Positions 1 to 13,600 of a DNA stretch of 64,000 bases are shown here, one piece after another. The DNA is from Mobula hypostoma (lineage: Eukaryota). The notes beneath the pieces were generated by a model. That model worked only from the letters and a program-made list of their open reading frames with translations. It searched no databases and was not told the DNA's origin. Position 1 is the first letter of the stretch. Every line of letters begins with the position of its first letter. The stretch covers positions 161,386,001 to 161,450,000 of the forward strand of contig NC_086102.1 of NCBI RefSeq assembly GCF_963921235.1, given 5' to 3'. The position numbers and the translations under genes are program-made.

Positions 1-1633
1 CTCCAATGGCAAAACTTCCAGAAAAAAAGAGGAGTAGAGGAGCTATGATAGTAAAACAAACAAAAGCTTTCTTTGTATCTGGGGGTGAGGCACCACAGTT
101 TTATAAATAATTTAAATCTTTGCAGTGCCTTAAAGACGTGCCTGCTAGATTTGAGTTTTTAGTTACAGGAAAGCCAATGCCAGATGTGCTTTGGTATAAG
201 GGATAGTACCAGATCAGTCAGTGTGTGCATTACAACCTGAGTTACAACTCCAGTGGTTCTGGTTCACTAACTATCCATAATGCGCAGAAGGAGGATAGTG
301 GCTGGGACTCCTGCAAAGCATTTAACTCATTTGGAGATGCAACTTGCACTGCAGAGAAAATTGTGATTACCAAGTAAAGAAGCACACCCAGACCAAGCAG
401 AACAAACTGAATCCTTTGAAATGAAAATTGACAACTTGCTTTCTGAAGTCAAAACTGATCCTCTGCCAGAAAAATATCTCCCGTCTGTAACTCTACCTAT
501 ACAGAGAAAGTGTTTACAATTGAAGAAAAAGAGCAGTGTGCAGTAATAAGAGTCTGATAATACTTTCAAACAGTTCAGTACTACAACAGACTGCGCAATA
601 GTTGAAGATGGTTCTTTTGTCATTTTCGAAGCCATAAATACAGCAGTTTGTGAAAATAAATATGAACCAAAACTAACTTCAACTTCTGTGCAAGTTAAAG
701 AAAACACAATGTCTATAGAAAGTACTAATATGCTAGAGTCTGCAGAAGAAGATTTTGTAATAGGGATCCAGAGGGACAGTTAGCAAGATTTCCATTGTTG
801 CTTCAAGAAAAACAAATTATTGAAGAAGAATGCTCTTCAGATTTTAAGCTAGGTACAGTTGCAAAGCCAGCTGATAGGCTAGAAAAATTAGGCATCAGTA
901 TCACTCCTGCAAAAAGGGCAGTAGAAGCTGTCAACATTGATGAAAGTAATTTGGATATGGGGAAGGATAGGATGGGAAGAACTGAACTAAAAATACAGAC
1001 TGAAGAGTTATTGCAATCTACAGTTACCCAGCAGTACCCAAAGAAAGCAGCACCTAGTTATAAAGGAAAACAGCAGCCAGTAGTTTCAGCAGATAAATCA
1101 ACATCGGGTGTATCAACTGAGGCTATATATCAGGAAACACAATCTCAACAACGTGTAGCAATGGCTAAATCAGAGGGTTTTTCTCAAGAATTTAAATCTG
1201 TAGAGTCAATTGGAAAAATGGAAGTTGTGAGTCATGTAAAAGATATTAGAGATGCAATATTTAGCACTGGTGCCCCTTCGCTGTCTGTTCTCGTCAAACC
1301 CTTGTATTTCTAAAATGAAAATGCCAAGCAAAACACTAATAAAAGGTACTATAGTCAATCCAATTATTATTAAAGGCCTTATTGATATCATCGCAGATGA
1401 AGGCAGCCAAGTGACATTTAGCACGTTGATAAAAGGAGTGAGAAGTGTAAATTGGTATATCAATGGGAAGAAAATTACTTCAAAAATTAGTTCAAATGTT
1501 TTCAGGATTTCGATGCATATTCACATAATCAACAAAGTACAGAAAGAAGAACATCAAGGAGAATATGTCTTTGAGATACTGATTGAAGCAAGAATAGCAA
1601 CTACTTCTGCAAAACTTACTGTTGTAATAAGAG
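1..1633 (+). pseudogene. TTN: Decayed cardiac N2B exon homologue (I25 + N2B unique sequence + I26); 5' part outside window
   Basis: 78-377 reads [43 protein letters not shown]...[32 protein letters not shown] (I25-like; stops at 108, 204, 375). Further stops at 544-549 and 781, with frame changes 0/1/0/1. I26-like [14 protein letters not shown] ends at donor G|GTTGGA (1633/1634). Confidence 0.88.
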
Positions 1634-4600
1634 GTTGGATTATGGGGATAAAACTTTATGAATATGAAATTCACAATCTAATCCATTCAACTGACAAAAC
1701 AGTTAACTTTCGTTTTTATTTTACTCTAATAAATTAATATGACTCAATCTTTTGTCCCACCACCCTTTTCCTTCTTTCTTTCCCATAATATTTTAATGGT
1801 AAGGAAGTAATTGTGTTACCGACTTGATATCAAAATACAATGCTGTCAAAGCTTGTTAAAACCACATTCTTTTTCCCCCACGAAATATGCATTATAAATG
1901 TTAAATCTTGACAGTATTGTTTAAAAAAAAACTTAATGTGAATTTAATACCCTTTATGTGATCTTCATATGCTCTTACTAACAATAACAAAAAGCACTTA
2001 AAGTTAACCTTATGTTTAAAATATTGCTATGGATATTTTATTCAATTTTCACACCTTTTTATTTTGTTATTAACAATTAATTAACGTCAACTGCCATTTT
2101 AAAATTTTTACTAACACAATATTGCTCTCATCCCCATATCCATTTTTGAGGAGATGCTAGATAATTATCATCACCATCACTGTTCCATAATGAGAGGACA
2201 ATTGAATATTTCTATACTCTTCATACTGTATATGTCAAATAAATGTTGAATTTCATCCATTGAAATATTTTCATTGAGCACAGCCAGCTAACAACTTTAA
2301 ACCATCATTTCTTCTCTACAGTCACTCCATGGATTCTTAACTTCTGTCACTTCTGAGATTTCAGCGGGCCAGGACTAAACTCTATGCTGAAAGAATTAGT
2401 TTGTTGTTACAATCTTCTTACATTTTCTTTTAAATTTATATCTACAGTGCCTCCAGCTTTCAAAAGGAAGATTGAATCACAGGAGGTGATAATTGGACAT
2501 GCTACTCAGTTTGAATGTGAGGTTGAACCTGTATCTGATGTGAGGTTCCAGTGGTTCCGGGCTAGAGCCGAACTCCGTGATAGTGAAAAATATAGCATTG
2601 TGAACAAGAAATATATTTCCATCTTGAAACTTCTGAAGCCACAGCTAATTGACTGTGGAGAATATACTTGCAGAGCATCAAACCAGAGTGGAAGTGTAAG
2701 CAGCACAGCTAAATTGATTGTGACTGGTAAGTAGATTAAGTTTTGATTTTTACGTTTCACTTAATAATTTAATTTTCAATTTGATTTGGTCTTAGAAGAT
2801 TTGCATAGATTTAGCTTTATGTTACCATTTCATGTAATCAGAATGTTAGTTTCATACTTTAAGTAATGACCTGGATAGAAGCAACAAAGGTACCACTGCT
2901 AAATTTGCTGAAGGCACAAAAATAGATGGCACAGTAAACAGTGAAGGTGACAAAGTGAATCTACAAAGGAGTATTGATAGGTTAAGGGAGTGTGCAAAGG
3001 TCTGGCAAATTGAGTATCATGTCAAAAAATGTGGAATTGTCTATTTTGTTATAAAAAATTAAGTATATCATCTAACTGGTGAGGGATTGCAAGGCAAACA
3101 AGAGAAAATCTGTAGATGCTAGAAATCTGAGCAACACTCACAAAATGCCAGAGGAACTTAGCCAGTCAGGCAGCATCTATGAAAAACAGTACAGCTGATG
3201 TTTCAGGCCGAGACCCTTCTTCAGGATTGAAGAAAAAAGATGAGAAGTCAGAATAAGAAGATGGAGGAAGGGATTGCAAAACTCTGAGGTGTAGAGGGAT
3301 CTCAATGTCCTAATGCATGACTCACAAAAGGCTAGACTGCAGGTATTACAAATAGGAAAGTGAACACAAAGTTATTATTTATTGATAGGTGAATTGAATA
3401 TCGAAGTGGAAATGTTTTGTGGAGCATTCCTAAGACTTTGTCTGGACTACAGCATTCATTATTGGTCTCATTATATAAAGAAGGATGCTTATACTGTACA
3501 TTGAAAGCGTTTTAGGAAGGATTTACTAGACTAATATCTCAGATATGCAAGTTTTACAAGGAAGCACTTTGGAACAGGCTAGTCTCATATTTACTGGGGT
3601 TTGAAAGAGTGAGAGGGATCCTGGGAGTCTTCAAAGGGTGGTTGCTGAGAGGAAATTAGCTCTTGACAGAGCCTCTTAGTCTAGTGGTCTCTGTTTAAAA
3701 ACATGGAGTTACCCATAAAAATAGAGATGAAGTGATACTTTTCTCTCATTGGGTTGTGAATCATTGGAATTCTCTACTTCGAAGGTGGGTGGAAGCAGTG
3801 TTTTCAAATATTTTTAAGGTAGAGGTAGATAGATGCTTGTAAAACAAAGAGGTAGGCAAGAATACAGAAATGCGATTACAATCACATTGGTCCTTATTTT
3901 ATTGAATTGTGGAAGACGTTCAAGGGATTGAGTGGCCTGCTCCTGTTCCTAGTTTGTGTATTTGTATGTATGTTCATATGTAAAAAGATCATTGTAGTTT
4001 GCAAATGAGTGGAACAATATTACTTTCCAAAATTGTGTAGATTTTGTAAGATGTCTTCTATTTCTAACACTTCAATTTCATATAACACAAGTATTGAGTT
4101 TACATTTCTTTCAGTATCTCTCAATAATGCAATACACATCTTTGGCATTTAAAGCTGTTTTGATACCTAGACAAAATTGTTTGAAAAAATATATTTGTTT
4201 AATTTGGTAAGATCAATAAGTGATCTAACAAATACATTAGAACATCAGCAGTTCTCTTTCTCTTAAGGAGATAGGACAATGTACCAGTTCTTAATTATTA
4301 TCTTAAAATTTAATTCCTTCAGTAAATGACAATACTCAACCCAGATGTTTATTTTGCAGAGCTGACCCCACCAAGCTTTGTAACAAGACTGGCATCAGTA
4401 ACAACATTTGTAGGTAAAACTGCAAGACTTGAGTGCACAGTAGCTGGATCACCTGTGATTCATACGGTTTGGCAGAAGAATGGTATTAATATTACAGATG
4501 AAGAGAACTATAATGTATCAGCCAAAGGCAACAAACGTGCTTTAGAATTTAGTAACTTAAATGTTCAGAACAAAGGCAACTATTCTTGCAAAATTACCAA

Positions 4601-7600
4601 TAACTGTGGCACTGATATCTGTTATGCTGATCTAATCGTCCTTGACAAACCGTATTTCACTAGGACCCTTGAATCTACTCAGACTGTAATTAACAATAGT
4701 GTACGTCTTGAATGTCAAGTAGATGAAGACACAGCAGTAACAATTTCGTGGAAAAAAGATGGATTAGCACTTCATTCCAGCAAATATTATAAAATTACAT
4801 TTGAAGACAAAGTAGCAGTTTTGGAAATCCTGAAAACTAGGTTGAAAGATGCTGGGAGTTATGAATGCATGGCTTCCAATGAGGCTGGAAGTGATTCCTG
4901 CTCAGCACTATTAACAGTTAAAGGTAAGAAATATTGTAAATCACAAGCTGTTTTTAAGCAGTACTTGCAGTTACCCAATATAAAACTAAAAATATTTTTT
5001 GCAGGTTCCATTATAGCCAATGTCTCTTGCTGTATTATTTGTTTTTCTTTTAATTTTCTTATGACATAAGGGCTGGATATTTGGCCCATGTGGGTTCTTA
5101 GAGCAATCTCATCAATGCATTTCTACACTTAGCTGTAACCCACTCCTGTATGTGTATCAACTCCAACTGAGCTCCTGCCATTTACCTTTCATTGGAGTAG
5201 TTTAATGTAGCCAAAAAAAACTATAAGCCAGCATATTTTTGGGTTTCTGGGAGGAAACTGGAACACCTGGAGCAAACCCACAGAAATCACAGAAAGAAAA
5301 TGCAAACTCAAAATAGACTGCACTGGATTTCAGGAGGAACCTTGGTCAATGCACATGAGAGGCAATAGCATTGACTGCTTTGTGATAGTGCTATGCTGAG
5401 AAATACTTTAATCATAGTTTCTGTATTTTACATTTATTCATTTGTACTTCTGATATAGTGATTTAATTAAAATGTCACAAGTAAAGTAGGTTTTCTAAAG
5501 CAGTTGACTCTCTTGTAACTGTATCTCATCTTGAGTTTGTTGCTTCTGACAATCCTCTTCCAAAGGACTCCTGCTAGACTCCCTCATATTTTCCTCCATT
5601 TGAAGTCAACTGAAATGCTTGACAGTAACTGAAGTTTTACTCGGTTACCTTCACTGATTGCTCTGTTGCTCACTTGTTTCTGATTAAGCAACACTTCACT
5701 TTTGAAATTGTAATTCTTACTTCGAATCCCTTGATAATTCCTCCTATCTCCCTGAGCTCATCAAGCCTCTGAGGTAATTTTGCACTTTCAATTCTGACTT
5801 GCTAAGCATTCCTAATTTTAATCACTTTCCTAAGGTAGGCCTTTACTATCAAGCTCTGGAATAGTCCTTTGTCTCCCTTCCTTTCTTTCTTTTTTAAGGA
5901 GACTTGTTAGATCTCACCTCTTTGATCAAGTTGTCTATAATCAGCTTGTTATCTCCTTTTTGTGGTTTGTGTTAAATTGTTGTTTATTAGTCATCCTATG
6001 AAAGACCTTGGGCGTTACGTATGTGCCTATAATAGTAAATGTCCAAAAAAATGGACATTAACGTCTTCCTTGTTACATAATCAGTAATACTGAAGAAATA
6101 ATGAGAATATAAGAAATAGAGGATCATGTAATTTGGATCTGTTCAACCATTCATTGTGATAAAGGTTGGTCTTTTACCTCAGCCATGTTTTCCTGTTCTA
6201 CCCTATATCTATTATTTTAATATCTAAAAAATTGATCTCTGTCCTGAATATACTTATGAAATGAGCCTTCATGGCTCTCTTCAGTGGAGAATCCTCGATG
6301 CTCTGGGTGAAAAAATGTACAGTATTCTCTTCTCAGATCTTGTTATTATGACCCTTGTCTTATATGCCCAAACCAGGTAATATCAGCCCTGTCAAATTTT
6401 GTAAGGAGTTCGAATTTTTCATGAAATCATTTATTTTTGTAAATTGCCGGGTATAGGCCCAGACTACATAATCTCTTCTCATAAGACAATAATTCTATAT
6501 TAGGAAACACACTGGTGAACGGATGTACTTTAATTGAATTGGTACTCAACTAGGTATTTGCTTTTATAAATTGACTGCAAAATTATCTTCAAAGTTCAAA
6601 GTATGAACTTTGCAAGGTATGACTTGTCTCCTTACAGGCAGCCACAAAACAAAGAAACCCAGTAGAGCCCATTAAAAGAAAGACTATGAAAAACTCAATA
6701 TGCAGAAAAAAACTGTGCAAACAATAAAAGTAAGGAAGTAACATTCAGAGCTGAAATTCTTGAAACTGAGTCCACAGCCACAAAGCCAGTCAGCACTGCA
6801 GCTGATTCAGGAGACTGTTATTTGCTGGCCACAGCCTCAGTTCAAATGAATAAATCTCGCGAGCAGTGAGCTGAACACCGGCCCTGATAGTCTTATCTTT
6901 TAAAACCAGTCCATTGCTTAAAATCCTCCAAATAGTTGTTTCTCACTCTCGGACATGGGCCCTGTTGCTTCGATGCGTTTCTAGGCCTGGGACCCACTGC
7001 CTGGATTCGGCCCATACCTGACCTTTCCAGTATAGCCTGGCACTTAAATCCGTCAAACATCAGCAAGGCAGAGTTGGGTGGTGGAGCCCAGGCTTGCTCT
7101 CATAGTCCACTTCAGCAATGACCGTACATTGGCTTATTCCTCGCTCTTGAGCCCTGGCCCCCCGCCCCCACCTCAACGCAACCATCCTGGACCTTCAAAA
7201 CTTCAGTTTGCACTCCAAAAATGCTAGGTCAACAAGCAGTTCAAAATCTCATCTCCAAAAAGGAAGTTAAATGTTATTGATTGAAAAGATTGTTTTTGAG
7301 AAAAAGTGTAATTAATAAAGTAGTTAATAGTTTTGTTTGCTGCCAGCAAATTGTTGCTGTACTTCACCAGTGTTATCCTAAACCAAAACTACAATAGTAA
7401 CTATCATAAAAAATTTTGCAACTACAATTGTAGTTTTATTCTTTTCATTGGAATTCAGATTCATAAAACCTGTGAAAATCTTATTTGATGGTGATAGGGA
7501 AGCAGATTTGTTGTGTTTATTTTTTGCTTTTATTTCATAACGGAAGACATTACACATAGAAAATTGATCATTTGAAATGGGATGCAGTTACTAAATCAAG

Positions 7601-10600
7601 ATCTCTATTGATGACATGATATTATGAAAACAAAGCTATATTAACCAAAAATGTTATCAATCCCTAAAATGTAATTGCTGCTTTGTATCCTTAACATTTT
7701 TATAACTTTATTTATTATCTGTTTACTTTGAAAAGAAGGAGTTTGTTTTTTTTCCTTAAATTATCACCAAGGAAAAATAGCTTATGTGTTGTAACCTTTC
7801 TTTTAACGATTGCTTGGGATATTAGTTCTCTTTCATAACGGATTTTACTCTGGCAATTCTTAATATTTTTCTTTAAACTTATCTTCAGAGCCACCTTCGT
7901 TCGTCAGGAGACCAGAACCATCAATACTGTTGAAAAAAGGTGATTCAGCACACTTGAATTGCCAAGTGAAAGGGTCTCCTGAAATTAATGTTGCCTGGTA
8001 CAAAAACAATAAGATTCTCAATTCCTCGGAAAAATACACAATATCATTTACTGACTCTTCAGCTGATCTTGAGATTAATGATCTAAATGTAGAAGATAGT
8101 GGGGATTATGTGTGTGAAGCACAAAATGAAGCTGGGACAGATAGCTGCAGTTCTGTCATTACAATCAAAGGTTTGTACAGTATTGATATTGCTACTCTTC
8201 ACATTGCTGCTATTGAAAAATCCATACTGTTTGTATTTTTAATCTTTTTGAAAAGCAGATAGTTTGAAAAACATATTTATGTATTCCTTTTTAGAACCAC
8301 CCTCTTTTATCAAAACTTTTGATCCTACTGAAGTGGTAAGAGGATTCAATTGTACTCTTGAATGTGAGCTGATGGGTACAACTCCATTTGAAGTTGTTTG
8401 GCACAAAGACAAAAAACTGATCCGATCTAGTAAGAAGTACAAGATGATTTTCCAAAATATGCGTGCTTATCTCCACATTAGTCTTTTTGAGTTCTCAGAT
8501 GTTGGTGATTATCAATGCACAGTGTCGAATGAAGTAGGGAAGTGTCTCTGTGGTGCAACTTTGAAAATGAAAGGTCAGTGATCTCAATGGAAACTGGGAG
8601 AAATATGTCACAATAATGTACAGATTTAACAGATGGACAGATAATGTATAACCCACTATTTTTATTTTAAATTAGAACCACCATCATTTGTGAAGAAAAT
8701 TGAAAACGCAACAGCAATTTTGGGAAGTTCAGCAATGTTTCAATGCAGCATAAAAGGCTCAATGCCAATCACTGTAACATGGCTGAAAGATAAAGATCTT
8801 ATCACAGAAAGCAGTAATGTCAAAATGACTTTTGAGAATAATATTGGTACTCTTCACATTGCTGCTGTAGAAATGAACAGCAGTGGCAGATACACTTGTC
8901 ATGCAGAAAATGATGCAGGAAGTCAGAAGTGTCTAGCAACATTAATTGTGAAAGGTCAGTTTGACAATATATTGGTCTGGTTTATAAAACAACATACTTT
9001 GCATTGCTAAGCTTTGTTAATGTTAACCATTCCATTTCACTACAGAGCCAGCAAATATCGTAGAAAAAGCAGAACCAATTAGTGTGACTGCTGGAGACCC
9101 AGCAACTTTGGAGTTCGTAATAACTGGCACACCAGAACTTAAAATTAAATGGTTTAAGAACGGGAAGGAGCTAATATCCAGTAGAAAATGTAAAACAAGT
9201 TTATTAAATAAAATTGCCAGCCTAAGGATTATTTCTGCAGAAAATGAGGATAGTGGTGAATATACTTTCGAGGTAAAAAACGATGTGGGGAGTTGCAGCT
9301 GCAAAACTTCTATTACAGTATTGGGTTAGTACATAACTTATACCTCCCTTTCTTTCAATAATTTAAGCATAATTTAATTAATTCAAGTAATATCATTGAT
9401 TTGTTGCTCTGCCTCGGACAGATCGTATGATTGCTCCAACCTTCACTAAAAAACTGAGGAAAATGACCAGCAATTTGGGTGCGACCTTTCATATGGATTG
9501 CAAGTTCTCTGGTTCTATCCCTGTTGGTATTTCTTGGTATAAAGATGACAAAGAGTTATCAGCCAATGATAAGTACACAATGTCACGTCAAGACAACACC
9601 GCTGCTTTGACGATTAAACAATTAGAAATTGCGGATGGTGGAACTTACTCCTGTAAAGCTACTAACTCTGCAGGAAGTGATGAATGCAGTGGAGTCTTAA
9701 ATGTAAAAGGTCTGAATTAGTAATTTAATTTTGACATAAGTCATTTGCTAATGTAGCTTTGTTCCTTCTGCAAAACTGTTTTCATTTTTAATACATATTC
9801 ATTGATAAGTATGTTGAAATCTGGCAATATTTTGGAGCATTTTTGCTTTCTTAACATCTGTTGCTGTATCTCTGCCAAGGAAGCATTTATGTTATGTTAC
9901 CTTTCAGTTTTCTATCTAATGATCCATAATACTTGCATGAAGCTTGATAGAGATAATTAGTAGAATATTCAATTATAGTAGTCCACCTTGCAGAGCTGCT
10001 ACCTGCTTTTATTCAATGACAAAATGCACAATATTCAAGTCAAATATTGGAAATAAGCACCCTATAGTTTTTTTTCTCTCTTATACCTCACTTCTGTTTT
10101 ATAATGGTGTCACTTTCATCCTTTGGAGATCAGCTTACAAAGTACAAATTAGCAATTATTCCTTGTATGTTCTGGTTTGTGTTAGTTAACTACTTGACAG
10201 ATTACTGTGCCTTTTCAATATTAGAATGTATTCAGTTATCTGATTCCAAATATTTAAAGTACTAGTAGACTACTGAATTTATGACAGTGTACATCTTCAG
10301 AGAAGGTGGAGAAAACTTACTTGATATGTTTAATTGTTATGAATTATTGTGCTATTTTTTAAAATGTCTTTTAGAGCCTCCAAGCTTCATAGTAAAACCT
10401 GCATCAGAGAAAGTCCTGCCGGGTACAACTGTGAAATTTAAGGTTGTTGTAAATGGAACACCTCCAATGTCAATGAAATGGTTCAAGGGCCACACAGAGC
10501 TTGTGACTGGTGGCAGCTGTTTCATCATGAAGGATATTTCTACAACCTATCTTGAGCTTTTTTCGGTGAAGCCATCTGATATGGATGATTACATTTGTGA

Positions 10601-13600
10601 AATCAGCAATGATGCTGGAACAATTTCCTGTACAACAAATCTTTTCGTTAAAGGTGATTTTTTTTGTTTCTATCCATAATGCTTAATTGTATTTTATTAA
10701 AATATCTTTAATGATCTTTGATATGCTCTTCGTAATAGGAGGAGCTGAGTGGAAAAGATGCTCTTTATTGCATTTTTGTTAGCTTTTATGAAAATCTTTC
10801 AAATTTATTCTTCATGGCATCTTGACTCTTATAGAACCACCAACATTCACCCGGAAGCTAGAACCAGCAAAATTACTGAAAACTGGTGACTCGGCTCAAT
10901 TTGAATGCGAAGTTACTGGCACACCTGAAATTAAAATTACATGGTATAGAAAAGACAAGCAGGTTCATCCCAGTGACAAATACCGAATCTCATTTGTTAA
11001 CAATGTGTCAGTTCTTGAAATTCTTGATGGTGACGTGGAAGACAGTGGTGAATACACTTGTGAAGCTAAGAATGAAGTTGGTAGTGAGAGTTGCAGTGTT
11101 ACTGTAACAATTAAAGGTCTGTGAACATATAATTTTATGACTTTGGCTACAGTCATAAGATATTTATCAATCTTATGAATTTGTATCTAAATGTCAAATG
11201 ACATTTTAGATTGAATTTATTATTTATGTTTTTGCAGATCCTCCATCATTCATAAAAATGCTTGAACATCTTGAGGTGATTAAGGCCTCTAATGTTATAC
11301 TTGAATGTGAACTGGCTGGTACAGCACCTTTTGAAGTTTCTTGGTATAAGGATAATAAACAGATTAGGCCGAGCAAAAAATACAAGGCAGTCTGTCAAAA
11401 CTCTTTTGTTTATTTACATATTCTTAATTTTGACACTGTGGATGTTGGTGAATATCAATGCAAGGTGTCAAATGAAGTTGGAGGTTGTTCATGCAGTTCT
11501 GCAGTGGCTTTGAAAGGTTAGTTAAATTTTAGCAAGAATTTATCATCCACAATGTTACAATGAAATTGATTTTGTTTTTCTCTAGTTAAAATTTGACTTT
11601 GCATTAACTAACCTAAGAGTCCTGTTTTAACAACAGAACCACCATCATTTCTCAAGAAGATTGAAAATAATACAGTGCTTTTGGGAACATCTGCATTGTT
11701 TCAATGTGCTGTGAAAGGTTCAAGACCAATTTCCATAACCTGGCAAAAAGATAAGGATGATATTACTGAAGATGCTAATATTAAAATATCTTTTGAAGAT
11801 GATATAGCAACACTGCATATTGCTTCTGCTGAAAAACATCATGGTGGGAAGTTTGTTTGTGAGGCAAAGAATGATGCGGGAATCACAAAATGCGTTGCAA
11901 ATTTAATTGTGAAAGGTTGGTTTAAAGATTACTGTCATCTGTGTTAAACCTTCAGTCAGTTCTTTTAATTAACAGATTTAAATGTTTTGAGTTACTTCAA
12001 TTTTTGGAAAGATCTTTTAAGATACTAAATGGCAATAAAAGCATATTATTTTCTGGAAAGATTATCCTATAAAGGAAGTCCTAAACTTAAACTTAGGGCT
12101 AGAGTTTTGATTTTTTTAGTGTCCACCATTTCTGCTGCATAAAACTTCTGGGATTTGTGGTAGGGCAGTGATACACCATTAATTGCTAATGCCACAAATT
12201 GCTGGATTTGCACCAGCCTTACAAAAGTGGGAACTTTACTCTCCTGCTTAAAGTTCAATCTTTTGTCTCAGAAAGAGATTTGTAATTGTTCAATTGAAGC
12301 TATCAAATTATAAGCAGGTGATAAACTACTCTGAGATTTTCAAACATTTTTATTTTCTTTCTGTTGCTTTCTGTTTATAGTTCTAATTACTCTTTTAATC
12401 CCATCTTTCTTTCAGTCTCTATTTATTTTTACCTATTTAATTTGTCCTTAATTCATTCTTTTTCTTTCTATGTTGTTCCACCTATCACTTTATCTATCTA
12501 TAAAGTTAAGTATTATATGAATTTGACAGCTGAACGATATTCAGAAAATACCACTTGTTCCTTGTGCAAAGTGGTGCCCTGATACTTTGTATTATTTTGC
12601 CACTTGTTTTGTAAAATTAATGAATTCTGAAGGGTGTAGAAAACAATGGACTTTGATATTTACTCCTTCCTTTCTGAATACCCTGACAGCCTATGGCAGT
12701 TAGCCATAGTCCACGGCTTTTGAATTTTTCTCAATATCTCTGAAGGAGACTCTTAGATATTAGTCAAAATAGATTTAGTTACTTTTAGAAGCTAAACAAA
12801 AATTTAAAGCCACATAGAGAATTTGAAAGCATTAAAGTAATGCAAAGATTTCTTTTATTGATTTTTTTTTACCAGCGTTGATTCAAATAAATTGGGTCTC
12901 CTTTGCAAACCAACTAGCCCTAGCATAGAATTGAGGGAACAGTTGAAAAGTGCCCATTCCCATTTCTCCAGATTATTGCTTTGCCTCTGGATTTGACAAT
13001 GAGTCAAGAATTTGAGAAAGTTGCTAGATATGCTGGCATCTGACTTCCAGAGTACTTTGGAGCTTTGTGTGAATAGCTAAGACAAACTTAGTCACTAATG
13101 GTTCATAGATGGATTGAATGAACCCCAAATTGATTGGATATTTGTTTAATCAGTTCTCCTGAACACGAGGTGTGTATGAAGAGATGCACTGATATTTATA
13201 ATCAGAGATTGTCTGCATGTGGTTTTAGATTTGATAGCTTGGCTCAGGGGAAGTAAAATGAAAGCTCTTAAATAGTCTTCCATTGTTTCTTATATTCTTG
13301 TCCTCTAATATTAGTTTTTTTTATTGTCACAGAACCTGCAAGTATTATAGAAAAAGCAGATTCTATTAGTGTAACTGCAGGAGAGCCAGCAACATTGGAC
13401 TGCAGTTTTACAGGAACACCAGAAATTAAAGCCAGATGGTTTAAGAATGGCACAGAATTGATTACTGGGAGAAAATACAAAATCAGCGTTGCAAATAAGA
13501 TTACTAGTTTAAAGATCCCTTTTACTGAGAAAGAGGATAGTGGTGAATATACCTGTGAGGTCGAGAATGACGTTGGTAGCAGCAGTTGCAAAGCTTCCAT

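Noticed and set aside
1-1633. N2B disruption as a long-read indel artefact
   Set aside because: Several lesions are base substitutions (in-frame TAA/TAG, loss of Tyr and Cys), and the 68 neighbouring exons show no indels. Not formally excluded without raw reads.
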